From Betaproteobacteria bacterium (lineage in GTDB: Bacteria > Pseudomonadota > Gammaproteobacteria > Burkholderiales > SG8-39), in the NCBI GenBank assembly GCA_005881595.1, contig VBBY01000001.1, positions 12,515 to 76,514 of the forward strand: 64,000 bases of DNA, given 5' to 3'. Positions 55,590-64,000 of this stretch are shown piece after piece. Every line of letters begins with the position of its first letter. The first letter of the stretch is position 1. The notes under the pieces were generated by a model that saw nothing but the letters and a program-made list of their open reading frames with translations, was not told where the DNA came from and made no database searches. Both the position numbers and the translations under genes were made by a program.

Positions 55590-56273
55590 ATGGTCAACAA
55601 GCTTTTTGCAAGTCCGGAAGCGGCGCTGGCCGATATTCCGGACGGTTCAACGATCATGATCGGGGGGTTCGGCCATGCCGGCATGCCTGCCGAGCTGATC
55701 GACGCGCTCATTGCGCAAGGGGCCCGCGAACTCACCATAGTGAACAACAATGCCGGCAACGCCGACACCGGCCTCGCCGCCCTGCTCAAAGCGAAGCGCG
55801 TGCGCAAGATCCTCTGCTCCTTCCCCCGCCAGGCGGACTCATGGCATTTCGATGCGCTGTACCGCGCCGGCGAGATCGAGCTCGAGCTTGTGCCGCAGGG
55901 CACGCTCGCCGAGCGCATCCGCGCGGCGGGCGCGGGGATCGGCGCGTTCTATACGCCGACGGCGTACGGCACGCGCCTCGCGGAGGGCAAGGAGACCCGG
56001 CGCATCGGCGATCGCGATTGCGTGCTGGAATACCCGATCCACGCCGATTACGCACTCATCAAGGCGGAACGCGCCGACCGCTGGGGCAACCTGGTCTATC
56101 GCAAGAGCGCGCGAAACTTCGGCCCGATCATGGCGAGCGCGGCGAGGTGCGCCGTCGTGCAGGTGCGCGAGACGGTCGAACTCGGCGCCCTGGATCCGGA
56201 GTCGATCGTGACTCCCGGCATTTTCGTCAAGCGCGTGGTACGTGTCGCCCCCTCAATGCGGAAGGCTGCGTGA
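55590..56273 (+). CDS. 3-oxoacid CoA-transferase family, subunit A
   Basis: ORF 55527..56273 from Met22 (MVNKLFASPEAALADIPDGSTIMIGGFG...). ..ELELVPQGTLAERIRAAGAGI.. is present. Confidence 0.9.
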   Translation: MVNKLFASPEAALADIPDGSTIMIGGFGHAGMPAELIDALIAQGARELTIVNNNAGNADTGLAALLKAKRVRKILCSFPRQADSWHFDALYRAGEIELELVPQGTLAERIRAAGAGIGAFYTPTAYGTRLAEGKETRRIGDRDCVLEYPIHADYALIKAERADRWGNLVYRKSARNFGPIMASAARCAVVQVRETVELGALDPESIVTPGIFVKRVVRVAPSMRKAA

Positions 56274-56923
56274 TGAAGAAGCTCGACAAAAAGCAGATCG
56301 CGGCGCGGGTTGCCCGCGACATCCCCGATGGGGCGTACGTCAACCTCGGGATCGGCCTGCCGACCCTGGTCGCCGACCACCTGCCGAGAGGCCGCGAGAT
56401 CATTCTGCACAGCGAGAACGGCATCCTCGGTGTCGGGCCGAAACCCGCACCCGGCGAAGAAGACGAAGATCTCATCAACGCCGGGAAGGAGCCGGTAACG
56501 CTTCTGCCGGGCGGGGCTTATTTTCACCATGCCGACTCCTTCGGCATGATCCGCGGCCGACACCTCGATTTCTGCATTCTGGGGGCGTTCCAGGTGTCGG
56601 TGGCTGGCGACCTCGCCAACTGGCACACCGGCGGCGCAGACGCGATCCCGGCCGTGGGTGGCGCGATGGACCTCGCGGTGGGCGCGAAGAAGGTCCTGGT
56701 GATGATGGAGCACCTCACCAAGAGCGGCGAGAGCAAGATCGTCGAGCGCTGCACCTACCCCCTGACGGGCGCGCGCTGTGTCAACCGGATCTACACTGAC
56801 CTCGCGGTGATCGACGTGAAGCCCGACGGGCTCCAGGTCGTCGAAATGGTCGAGGGCCTTTCGTTCGACGAGCTGCAGCGTCTATCCGGCGTGCCGCTCA
56901 GGCGACTCGCTACTGCGGCTTGA
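56273..56923 (+). CDS. 3-oxoacid CoA-transferase family, subunit B
   Basis: C-terminal 216 aa of ORF 55841..56923 (MKKLDKKQIAARVA...). The active-site SENG motif is LHSENGILG. The ATG shares one nt with the subunit A TGA. Confidence 0.9.
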   Translation: MKKLDKKQIAARVARDIPDGAYVNLGIGLPTLVADHLPRGREIILHSENGILGVGPKPAPGEEDEDLINAGKEPVTLLPGGAYFHHADSFGMIRGRHLDFCILGAFQVSVAGDLANWHTGGADAIPAVGGAMDLAVGAKKVLVMMEHLTKSGESKIVERCTYPLTGARCVNRIYTDLAVIDVKPDGLQVVEMVEGLSFDELQRLSGVPLRRLATAA

Positions 56924-57905
56924 TCCCCGCGTTCCTGACGACGCGCTGGTAGTCCTCGATTTCGCTGCGCACAAAGCGCGCGAATTCCTGCGGCGACATA
57001 TCCATCGTGTCGTTGCCCAGGTTCGCCAGCCTTTCCTTGACGCCGGGGTCGGCGAGCGCCCTGCGCACGTCGATATTGATCTTGTTGACCAGATCGGCCG
57101 GCATCCCGGTCGGGCCCCACAGTCCGAACCACAACGGTGCGTCCGCGTCTTTCACCCCCGCCTCGCCCGTGGTCGGCACGTCGGGCAGCGTCGGATTGCG
57201 CTTCGCGGTGCTCACTGCCAAGGGGCGCAGCTTTCCGCTTTTGATGTGCGACATCCCCGCGGAGATCGGCACCCAGTAGCAATCCACCGCTCCGCTAAAC
57301 ATGGCCTGGATCACTTCCGGGGTGCCCTTGAAGGGGACCTGGGTGACGTTGACGTCCGCGGCAGCGATGAATTTTTCCGTGTTGAGATGAGTACCGCTGC
57401 CGATACCGGCGTGCCCCCAGTTGATCGCGCCGGGATTTGCCTTCGCGGCGTTGACCAGGTCCATCACGGACTTGTAGGGAGCTCCTGCGTTGACCACCAG
57501 AACGTTCGGCTGCACCGCGAGCGGCGCGATGTCGGCGAAGTCTTTCGCCGTGTCGTACGGCAGCTTGGCGTAGATCGCCGGGTTGACCGAATGCGCGTTG
57601 GAATTGATGAGCAGGGTATAGCCGTCGGCGGCGGCCTTGGCGACGATCGCCGAGCCGATCGAGCCACCGGCGCCGGCCCGGTTTTCCGGCACGACCGGCT
57701 GATTCCAGATGTCGGACAGCTTCTGCGACACGATGCGGCCGACGATGTCGGTCGAGCTGCCTGGCGTGAACGAGATGATGACGTGCACCGGCTTGTTCGG
57801 ATACCCCTGGCCGAACGCCTGCATCGCCAATGCGGCGCTTGCCGCCATCAGCCATCTGATCCACGCTTTCACGCTGCCTGCGTCATTGTGGTTTCGCGCC
57901 AGCAT
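56910..57905 (-). CDS. Bug-family (TctC-like) tripartite tricarboxylate transporter substrate-binding protein
   Basis: 331 aa. ..YPNKPVHVIISFTPGSSTDIVGRI...ENRAGAGGSIGS.. is present. An alternative GTG start at 57872 removes the overlap with the upstream gene. Confidence 0.85.
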   Translation of the reverse strand: MLARNHNDAGSVKAWIRWLMAASAALAMQAFGQGYPNKPVHVIISFTPGSSTDIVGRIVSQKLSDIWNQPVVPENRAGAGGSIGSAIVAKAAADGYTLLINSNAHSVNPAIYAKLPYDTAKDFADIAPLAVQPNVLVVNAGAPYKSVMDLVNAAKANPGAINWGHAGIGSGTHLNTEKFIAAADVNVTQVPFKGTPEVIQAMFSGAVDCYWVPISAGMSHIKSGKLRPLAVSTAKRNPTLPDVPTTGEAGVKDADAPLWFGLWGPTGMPADLVNKINIDVRRALADPGVKERLANLGNDTMDMSPQEFARFVRSEIEDYQRVVRNAGIKPQ

Positions 57906-58851
57906 CGCGCATCACCTTGCCGAGCACCTCGTATTCCTGGCGGATAAAAGCGTCGAATCGTGGCGCACTCATGGACATCGGCTCGCCGCCAAGCTTGGCC
58001 AGGCGGTCGTTCATCTCGGGCGAGCGCAGTGCGCGATTGATCTCCGCGTTGAGCCTGGCCACGATGTCGCGAGGTGTTCTTGCCGGCGCGAGGATGCCCA
58101 CCCAGAAATTGAATTCCCCGCCGGGGAAACCCGCCTCGGCGATGGTCGGGACCTCCGGCAGCGCGGCGATGCGGGCCGGGGTGCTGACGGCGAGCGCGAC
58201 CAATTTGCCATCCTTCACAGGTCCCATGCTCGACACGCTCGGCACCCAGGCGAAATGCAGCCGCCCGCCCATCGTCTCGGTCAGGATGGGAGGCGTGCCC
58301 TTCAGGGGCACGTGCACTGCCTGGATGCCGGCAGCGACGTTGAATTTCTCCGAATTGATATGCGCCGCGCTGCCGACGCCCGCGGTGCCGTAATTGAACT
58401 CGCCGGGTTTCGCTTTGGCGGCCGCGACGAGTTCCTTTACCGATTTGACGCCCAGCGCAGGGGAGACGACAAGCACGCTCGGTAGGCTCGCCAGCGGCGC
58501 GACGCCGGCAAGGTCCTTGAGCGTGTCGTACGGCAGGTCCTTGTAGAGAACGTAGTTCACCACGTGGCCGGTGGAAACCACCGCCAGCGTGTAGCCGTCC
58601 GGATCCGCTTTCGCCGTCTGTGCAATGCCGATCGTGCCACCGGCCCCGGGGCGATTCTCGACGATGACCGGCTGACCCCAGGCCGCGTTCAGCTTCTCGC
58701 CCACCAGCCGCGCGACGATGTCGGTCGCGCTGCCGGGCGTAAAGGGCACGATGATGCGGATCGGTCTGTTCGGATAGCTCGTCGCGTCCTGCGCGAGCGC
58801 GGGGACGGCAACAACAGCGAGCGCGACAAGAAAATACTTGATGCTCGTCAT
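57883..58851 (-). CDS. Bug-family (TctC-like) substrate-binding protein, second copy
   Basis: C-terminal 322 aa of ORF 57883..59364, from MTSIKYFLVALAVVAVPALAQD... (signal peptide, RBS AAGGAGAAGG). YPNRPIRIIVPFTPGSATDIVAR..ENRPGAGGTIG is present. Confidence 0.85.
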   Translation of the reverse strand: MTSIKYFLVALAVVAVPALAQDATSYPNRPIRIIVPFTPGSATDIVARLVGEKLNAAWGQPVIVENRPGAGGTIGIAQTAKADPDGYTLAVVSTGHVVNYVLYKDLPYDTLKDLAGVAPLASLPSVLVVSPALGVKSVKELVAAAKAKPGEFNYGTAGVGSAAHINSEKFNVAAGIQAVHVPLKGTPPILTETMGGRLHFAWVPSVSSMGPVKDGKLVALAVSTPARIAALPEVPTIAEAGFPGGEFNFWVGILAPARTPRDIVARLNAEINRALRSPEMNDRLAKLGGEPMSMSAPRFDAFIRQEYEVLGKVMRDAGAKPQ

Positions 58852-59504
58852 GCTGCGTCCTTCTCCTTTTTTGCGCCTTGCTTTGCCCAGTAGCTGCTTG
58901 AAGACTTGGACTGCCGCAGCGAGTCGGCGGACTCGAATCCCGGCGCCATCGAGGCACTGGTCCCGGCGAGCACCTGGTGGTGCTCGATGTTGAGGAGGCG
59001 CAACCAGCTCTGTTGACCCATGGTAAGGGCGATGAAGCAGCCCAGCTCCACCAGCTCCGGCTCGGTGAAATGCCGATGCATGCGCTCCCAGAACGCGTCG
59101 TCGGTCGCGAGGCGCCAAGTAATCGCTTCCGCGTAGGCGAGCGCCGCCTTCTGCCTCCCGGAGTAGCGCGTGGACTTTTCGAAGTTGAGGAGGTCCTTGA
59201 CATCGTCCTCGATCAGCCCGGCACCCGCGGCCTGGATCGAGCGCTGGTTGCCACAATAGTCGCATTGCACCGAGCGGGAAACATAAAGCCGGCACAACTC
59301 CTTGATGGCGTGATCGCACACCCCGTTCTTGAAAATGTCCCGCCACGAGTTGGCGAATGCCCAAAATGCGCCGGGGACATGGGCGCGTACCGCCGAGCTT
59401 TCGGGCCGCGGCGTGCCTTCGCGCTGGCAGCGCTCCATTTCCTTGCGCATCGCTGCGTCCATCTTCTCCAGTGGGAAATAGCTGATGCGTTGCTTCGGGT
59501 TCAT
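58848..59504 (-). CDS. Carboxymuconolactone decarboxylase (AhpD-like) family protein
   Basis: ORF 58848..59537 from Met12 (RBS AAAGGAA). ..CRLYVSRSVQCDYCGNQ.. is the CxxC-type AhpD/CMD core. The stop overlaps the Bug start as ATGA. Confidence 0.7.
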   Translation of the reverse strand: MNPKQRISYFPLEKMDAAMRKEMERCQREGTPRPESSAVRAHVPGAFWAFANSWRDIFKNGVCDHAIKELCRLYVSRSVQCDYCGNQRSIQAAGAGLIEDDVKDLLNFEKSTRYSGRQKAALAYAEAITWRLATDDAFWERMHRHFTEPELVELGCFIALTMGQQSWLRLLNIEHHQVLAGTSASMAPGFESADSLRQSKSSSSYWAKQGAKKEKDAA

Positions 59505-59515
59505 GCCTGTTCCTT

Positions 59516-61402
59516 TCAGAACGCGCCGCAGGGGCACTCAGTAGACCACACCCCGCCGTCGCTTACGATCGTTGGATGCTTGTGCGCGGCAAACGTTGCC
59601 GCTGTCGCGGCTGACCTTTTGCCGTACCCGCCGTAATGCCGCACCGGCAGCCAATCGGGAAGCGTCGGCAGCGACGGTGGATCGAGCGTTGCGTACGGGC
59701 CGACACCATATACTGGCTTTCCCCCAACTATGGTGAGCACGGACTCGATGTCCTTGATGCCCTCCTCCGGGACCGAGAAGTAATCTGCCGAAAGAATGAC
59801 TAGGTCGGCGAGCTTGCCGACCTCCAGAGTGCCTTTCTTGTCCTCTTCCGACGACATCCATGCGCTGCCGGACGTATAGAGCCGCAGCGCCGCCGTTCGA
59901 TCGAGCAGATTGCGCTCGCCCTGCAGCTTGGCCCCGCCGAGCGTCTTTCCGGTGATCAGCCAATGCACGCCGATCCACGGGTTATAGCTCGTCGCACGGT
60001 TCGCGTCGGTACCGCAGGCCAGCGGGATACCCATTGCCCGGATGCGCGCCACCGGCGGCGCATCGGCCGCGGCCTGCGCGCCGTACTTGCTCAGGAACGC
60101 CTCGCCGTCCAGCGACATGCGGTTCTGGATATTGATGCTGCCGCCGAGCCGGGCAACGCGCTCGAGCGTTTTCGGCGACAGCGTTTCACAATGGTCTAGC
60201 CCCCAGCGCAGTCCCCTCAGCGGCACGTCCCGGTTCACCTGTTCGAGCACGTTTAGCACGCGGCTGGCAGTGGAATCGAAGGTCGTGTGCTGGCGGAATG
60301 GCCAGCGCAGGCCGACGAGGTGCTTGGTCACCGCCGTGAACTGGCTCTCCATCACGCCGGGGGGCGCCACGATCCAGTCCTTGGCGAAATTCGCGGGGTC
60401 GCCGGCGGCGTAGAGCACATATTCGCCGGCGCCGATCATGCGATAGTAGTCATTACCCTCGCCGAGGCTCACCAGCTTCGACCAGGCGAGGTAGTTGTCG
60501 AGTTCCTTGCCGGGGGCCTGCGCAAACAATTCATAGCCAATGCGCAGGGTCAAGAGCTTGTCCGCCGCGAGCTTGGCGATCGCGGCGTAATTCTCAGGAT
60601 AGTTCTGCCCACCGCCGCCGGCGTCGATTATGCTGGTTACGCCGAGCCGGTTGTGCTCGCGCATGAAATGGCGCGTCGAAGTGATCTGCTCTTCGGGCGA
60701 AAGGCGCGGCACACGCAGCCAGACTGCCACCAGGCTCGCGAGGCTCGTCGTCGACACCACCAGGCCGGTAGGATTGCCGCCCGCGTCGCGCTCCGCGAAT
60801 CCACCGAACAGCTTCGGAACTTCCCGCTCCCAGCCTAGAACCCTGATCGCGGAGCGGTTCAGCCAGGCGCGGTCGTAGAGATGCATGATCATGCACGGCG
60901 TGTCGCCGGTCGCGGCATTGATCTCCTCGAGGGTCGGGAAGCGCTTCTCGGCGAATTGCGCCCAGGTCCAGCCGCCGATCACCTGCACCCAGTGCGGCGG
61001 AGGCGTGCGGCGTGCCTGCTCGCCAACCCGCCGCATGCCCTCGGCGAGCGACGGCACGCCATCCCAGCGCACTTCGTTGGTATAAGTCAGTCCACCGCGA
61101 ATGAAGTGGGTGTGCGCGTCGTTCAGCCCGGGGATGACGGTCCGGCGCCCAGCGTCGATGACGCGGGTTTCCTCGTCCCGGAAAGAATTCAGTTCTGCCT
61201 CGGAACCGACGCCGACGATGGTGTCGCCCTTGATCGCAATGGCTGCGGCTTCGGGCTGCCGCGGATTGAGCGTCGCGACACGGCCGTTCACGATCAGCAC
61301 ATCGGCGGGACCGGCCTGCACTAGCGGCGCACAGCCGCCCAGCGCGGTTACACCGAGAACCGCGCCCGAACTGCGCAAGAATTGCCGACGGCCGTATGTC
61401 AT
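59516..61402 (-). CDS. Amidohydrolase family (YtcJ-like, amidohydrolase_3) enzyme with a Tat signal and possible lipobox
   Basis: C-terminal 628 aa of ORF 59516..62134, from MTYGRRQFLRSSGAVLGVTALGGCAP.... PGLNDAHTHF is the metal-binding HxH. ..ACGTDAN.. contains the catalytic Asp region. Confidence 0.85.
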   Translation of the reverse strand: MTYGRRQFLRSSGAVLGVTALGGCAPLVQAGPADVLIVNGRVATLNPRQPEAAAIAIKGDTIVGVGSEAELNSFRDEETRVIDAGRRTVIPGLNDAHTHFIRGGLTYTNEVRWDGVPSLAEGMRRVGEQARRTPPPHWVQVIGGWTWAQFAEKRFPTLEEINAATGDTPCMIMHLYDRAWLNRSAIRVLGWEREVPKLFGGFAERDAGGNPTGLVVSTTSLASLVAVWLRVPRLSPEEQITSTRHFMREHNRLGVTSIIDAGGGGQNYPENYAAIAKLAADKLLTLRIGYELFAQAPGKELDNYLAWSKLVSLGEGNDYYRMIGAGEYVLYAAGDPANFAKDWIVAPPGVMESQFTAVTKHLVGLRWPFRQHTTFDSTASRVLNVLEQVNRDVPLRGLRWGLDHCETLSPKTLERVARLGGSINIQNRMSLDGEAFLSKYGAQAAADAPPVARIRAMGIPLACGTDANRATSYNPWIGVHWLITGKTLGGAKLQGERNLLDRTAALRLYTSGSAWMSSEEDKKGTLEVGKLADLVILSADYFSVPEEGIKDIESVLTIVGGKPVYGVGPYATLDPPSLPTLPDWLPVRHYGGYGKRSAATAATFAAHKHPTIVSDGGVWSTECPCGAF

Positions 61403-61422
61403 CCTTCCTCCTCGTGGCACCC

Positions 61423-62349
61423 CTAGCTGGACAGCCCGTCGTTCACCGCGACGTTTTCCGGCTTCAGCTCGATCCCGGAGGCCCTTGCCTGCATCAGGAG
61501 GAGCGTCGAGAAGTCCTGCTCGGTCATGCCGTGACCGAGCATCTGCTGGATCAGGTCGCGCGTCAGCGCCGCGAGCGGCATCGGAACCTCGAAGCGCCTG
61601 CCCGCGTCCAGCCCCAGGTCCATGTCCTTCCTGAGGAGCTGCGGCGTGAAAGTGACGTGAAAATCGAGGTTCACCAGAGCAGGCGCCTTGTAGCGCGAAA
61701 ACATGGAGCCCATCACGCTCTTGTTCAGGAAATCGAGGAAGGCATGCCGCGGCACGCCCGCCTTCTGGGCGAGGATCGTGATCTCGCACAGCGACTGGGT
61801 GACGACGCCAAGCATCACGTTGTGGCAGATCTTCACGATGCGCGAAAGCTCGCCGTCTCCGACGTAGCTCGAGCCCACGCCCATCATGTCGAGATACGGC
61901 CGCGCCACCTCGTACGCCGGCTGCGGGCCCGAGACGACGAACGTGAGCTTCCCGGCCTCGATGACTTTCGCGTTGCCGCTGACCGGTGCGGCGAGATATT
62001 GGATGCCTCTCCCCTGCAGCATCTTGCGCAGCTCGGCCGAGCCCTCGAGCGAGATGGAGGAGCACTCGATGACCATTTTCGGTTTCCTCGATCCCGAGAG
62101 AAGCCTCTGCATCACTTCCTTCACGTCCTCCCATGTCGACACCATGCAGAACACGATGTCGCGCGAGGCGAGCTCCGGGAGCGCGTCGACGACTTTGGCG
62201 CCGTACTTGGCGAGAGGCTCGGCTTTAGCGCGCGTGCGGTTCCACAGCGCGATGTCGCAGCCGCCCTTCGCCAGGCGCGCGGCCATCTGGTAACCCATGC
62301 GCCCGGTGCCGATCCAGCCGAGCTTCACGTCCTTAATAGGGGTTGGCAA
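61423..62349 (-). CDS. NAD(P)-dependent oxidoreductase (HIBADH / 6-phosphogluconate dehydrogenase NAD-binding family)
   Basis: 308 aa. KLGWIGTGRMGYQMAARL is the Rossmann motif. The TTG start has GAGGA 8 nt upstream and overlaps the M24 gene end by 17 nt. Confidence 0.85.
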   Translation of the reverse strand: MPTPIKDVKLGWIGTGRMGYQMAARLAKGGCDIALWNRTRAKAEPLAKYGAKVVDALPELASRDIVFCMVSTWEDVKEVMQRLLSGSRKPKMVIECSSISLEGSAELRKMLQGRGIQYLAAPVSGNAKVIEAGKLTFVVSGPQPAYEVARPYLDMMGVGSSYVGDGELSRIVKICHNVMLGVVTQSLCEITILAQKAGVPRHAFLDFLNKSVMGSMFSRYKAPALVNLDFHVTFTPQLLRKDMDLGLDAGRRFEVPMPLAALTRDLIQQMLGHGMTEQDFSTLLLMQARASGIELKPENVAVNDGLSS

Positions 62350-63640
62350 TCGGGAGTTCCTCTGCGGGATAGAGCGAAATGATCTTGGCGCCCTGCGGTG
62401 TAAGCACCACTTCTTCCTCGATGCGCGCTGCCGAGATGCCGTCGGTGGCCGGGCAGTAGGTCTCGACCGCGAACACCATGCCGGCCTTCAGCTCGATCGG
62501 CTCGCGCAGCGAGGTCAGGCGCGAGACGAGCGGCCGCTCGTGCAGCCCGAGGCCAAGGCCGTGGCAGAAGTTGAGGCCGAAAGCATCCATCTCGCTGGCG
62601 AAGCCGATCTCCTTTGCCTCGGGGAAGGCGCGCGCGATCTTGTCGCTCGTCATCCCCGGCTTGAGCAGCTCGATGGCGCGGTCCATCCATTCTCGCGCCT
62701 TCTTGTACGCGCTGCGCTGCGGCGAGGTCGCGCGCCCCACGTTGAAGGTGCGGTAGTAGCAGGTACGGTAGCCCATGAACGACTGGATGACGTCGAAAAA
62801 CGCCTGGTCGCCCGGCCGGATCAGGCGATCGGTGAAGTTGTGCGGGTGTGGCGAGCAGCGCTCGCCGGAAATCGAGTTGATCGCCTCGACGCAGTCCGAG
62901 CCCATCTCGTAGAGGCGCTTGGTCGCGAGCGCGACGATCTGCGATTCCATCACGCCCGGCTTGAGCGCTGCGGCGATGTCCTGGTACACGCCGTCGACCA
63001 TGGCCGCCGCCATGTTGAGCAGCGTCAGCTCGTCGATGCTCTTCACCTCGCGCGCCTCCAGCATCACCTGCTGGCCGTCGCGCACCTCGATGCCGGCTTT
63101 CTGCAGCGCGAACAGCATCGGCGGCTCCACCACGTCGACGCCCACCGGCATGTCGCCGACGCCTTCGGCATCGAGGATAGCCTTGATCTCCCTCGCCGCG
63201 TCGCGGAACAGCGTCAGATCGGCTCCGGTCGCGCCCCGCAGGCCGAGCAATCCGGCGCGGCAATGGTCGGCGTGCAGCCACGGCGCGTACAGCTTGTGGT
63301 GGCGCGCCGCGCTGCCGAAATCCCAGATGTACGGCTCGCCGTTTCCCGTGAGCAGCGAATAGCGCGTGAGCTTGTCGCGCGCCCACTCGCCGATCACCGT
63401 GCTGGTGGTGTAGCGGATATTGTGCTGGTCGAACGAGAGCAGCGCACCAAGACCGGAGTTCGCGAGCGCGGCGCGCACGCGCGCGAGGCGGTACCCGTGC
63501 AGCCTGCGGAAATCGACGCGCTCCTCGAAATCGACCTGCGTGCGGCCCGGCGCCTGCAGCGGTCGGTCCCAGCGGTGCGCGGGATCGACGTCGTCTGGAC
63601 GGACGATCTTCGGCTCCGGATGCCGGCTCTTGCTAGCCAT
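62333..63640 (-). CDS. M24-fold (creatinase / Xaa-Pro peptidase / DddP-like) hydrolase
   Basis: ORF 62333..63661 from Met8 (RBS GGAGGA). It has an N-terminal creatinase_N-like part and a pita-bread fold C-terminal part (..HGLGLGLHERP.., ..MVFAVETY.., ..ARIEEEVVLT..). Confidence 0.8.
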   Translation of the reverse strand: MASKSRHPEPKIVRPDDVDPAHRWDRPLQAPGRTQVDFEERVDFRRLHGYRLARVRAALANSGLGALLSFDQHNIRYTTSTVIGEWARDKLTRYSLLTGNGEPYIWDFGSAARHHKLYAPWLHADHCRAGLLGLRGATGADLTLFRDAAREIKAILDAEGVGDMPVGVDVVEPPMLFALQKAGIEVRDGQQVMLEAREVKSIDELTLLNMAAAMVDGVYQDIAAALKPGVMESQIVALATKRLYEMGSDCVEAINSISGERCSPHPHNFTDRLIRPGDQAFFDVIQSFMGYRTCYYRTFNVGRATSPQRSAYKKAREWMDRAIELLKPGMTSDKIARAFPEAKEIGFASEMDAFGLNFCHGLGLGLHERPLVSRLTSLREPIELKAGMVFAVETYCPATDGISAARIEEEVVLTPQGAKIISLYPAEELPIANPY

Positions 63641-63673
63641 GGGAACTCCTCCAGCGGGCAATTTTATAACGAG

Positions 63674-64000
63674 CTAGCCGGAGATAAGCTCGATCCGCCG
63701 CCGGATGCGCGCCGCCGTTTCGCTGTCGCCGGCGTCCTCGGCGCGCTTCGCCTGCACGCCAAGCCAGGCAAGGAGCGGCCGCCGCCAGCCCTGCGCAGAG
63801 GCAATCTCGACCGCCTGGGCGATGCCGGCAGGACTGATGCGACCCGCCTTGAACTGCACGCCCAGCCCGACCAGACGCGAGAGCGCTTCGTCGCTCGCGG
63901 CACGCTGCGCCCGGCCGGACAGGTACTCGGCGTATCCGGTCTCCTCGCTGCGCGCCTCGCTTCGCAGAGCCTCGAACGCCGGGCAGTCATCGAACTCCAG
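63674..64000 (-). CDS. Hypothetical protein, 3' part only (the gene starts beyond the right edge)
   Basis: The frame of ORF 63674..63859 stays open to position 64000 (LEFDDCPAFEALRSEARSEETGYAEYLSGRAQRAASDEALSRLVGLGVQFKAGRISPAG...ELISG). GC3 is high. I recognised no family. Confidence 0.4.
   Translation of the reverse strand: MEFDDCPAFEALRSEARSEETGYAEYLSGRAQRAASDEALSRLVGLGVQFKAGRISPAGIAQAVEIASAQGWRRPLLAWLGVQAKRAEDAGDSETAARIRRRIELISG

Noticed and set aside
63664-63990. A 108-aa minus-strand ORF (MTARRSRLCEARRAARRPDT...) at the right edge.
   Set aside because: It is an alternative frame of the same region with an Arg/Ser/Ala/Pro-rich translation. The frame that stays open to the window edge has better third-position GC and looks like the real, partial gene.

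Overview
High-GC (about 65%) proteobacterial chromosome segment with betaproteobacteria-like gene order. It is densely packed, mostly on the minus strand, and almost entirely core housekeeping. Left to right: a radical-SAM (ArsS-type) cluster with two associated transferases; an aroG-type DAHP synthase; a PaaI thioesterase; a Lon-like AAA+ ATPase; alaS; recX and recA; an AmmeMemoRadiSam pair; the pncC-pgpA-thiL-nusB-ribH-ribBA-rplS-trmD-rimM-rpsP string; ffh, ypjD and corB; pilC-pilD-coaE-zapD-yacG; a Nudix/ThiE-like fusion; a DUF815 ATPase; argJ; secA; an M23 peptidase; DciA; lpxC; a complete dcw cluster (ftsZ back to mraZ, with murB between murC and ddl); CoA-transferase subunits A and B; and a right-end operon of two Bug/TctC binding proteins with hydrolases. 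By eye I saw no tRNA, rRNA, CRISPR array, transposase, integrase or phage genes. I do not see one clearly new multi-gene system. The signals I consider most worth follow-up are these. (1) A Phe-rich leader peptide with mutually exclusive terminator and antiterminator hairpins in front of the DAHP synthase gene. (2) A 19-nt copy of the recA LexA operator in front of an orphan 115-aa gene inserted between recX and alaS. (3) The experimentally uncharacterised ArsS / transferase 1 / transferase 2 / TVP38-disulfide-reductase operon, headed by a stand-alone cNMP-binding protein. (4) A fused AmrB-AmrA gene coupled to AmrS at the tail of a long housekeeping gene string. (5) A Lon-derived AAA+ module with no protease domain. 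Internal start coordinates were derived by counting residues within the supplied ORFs. The many long Arg/Ala/Gly/Pro-rich ORFs on opposite strands or alternative frames are treated as high-GC shadow ORFs.
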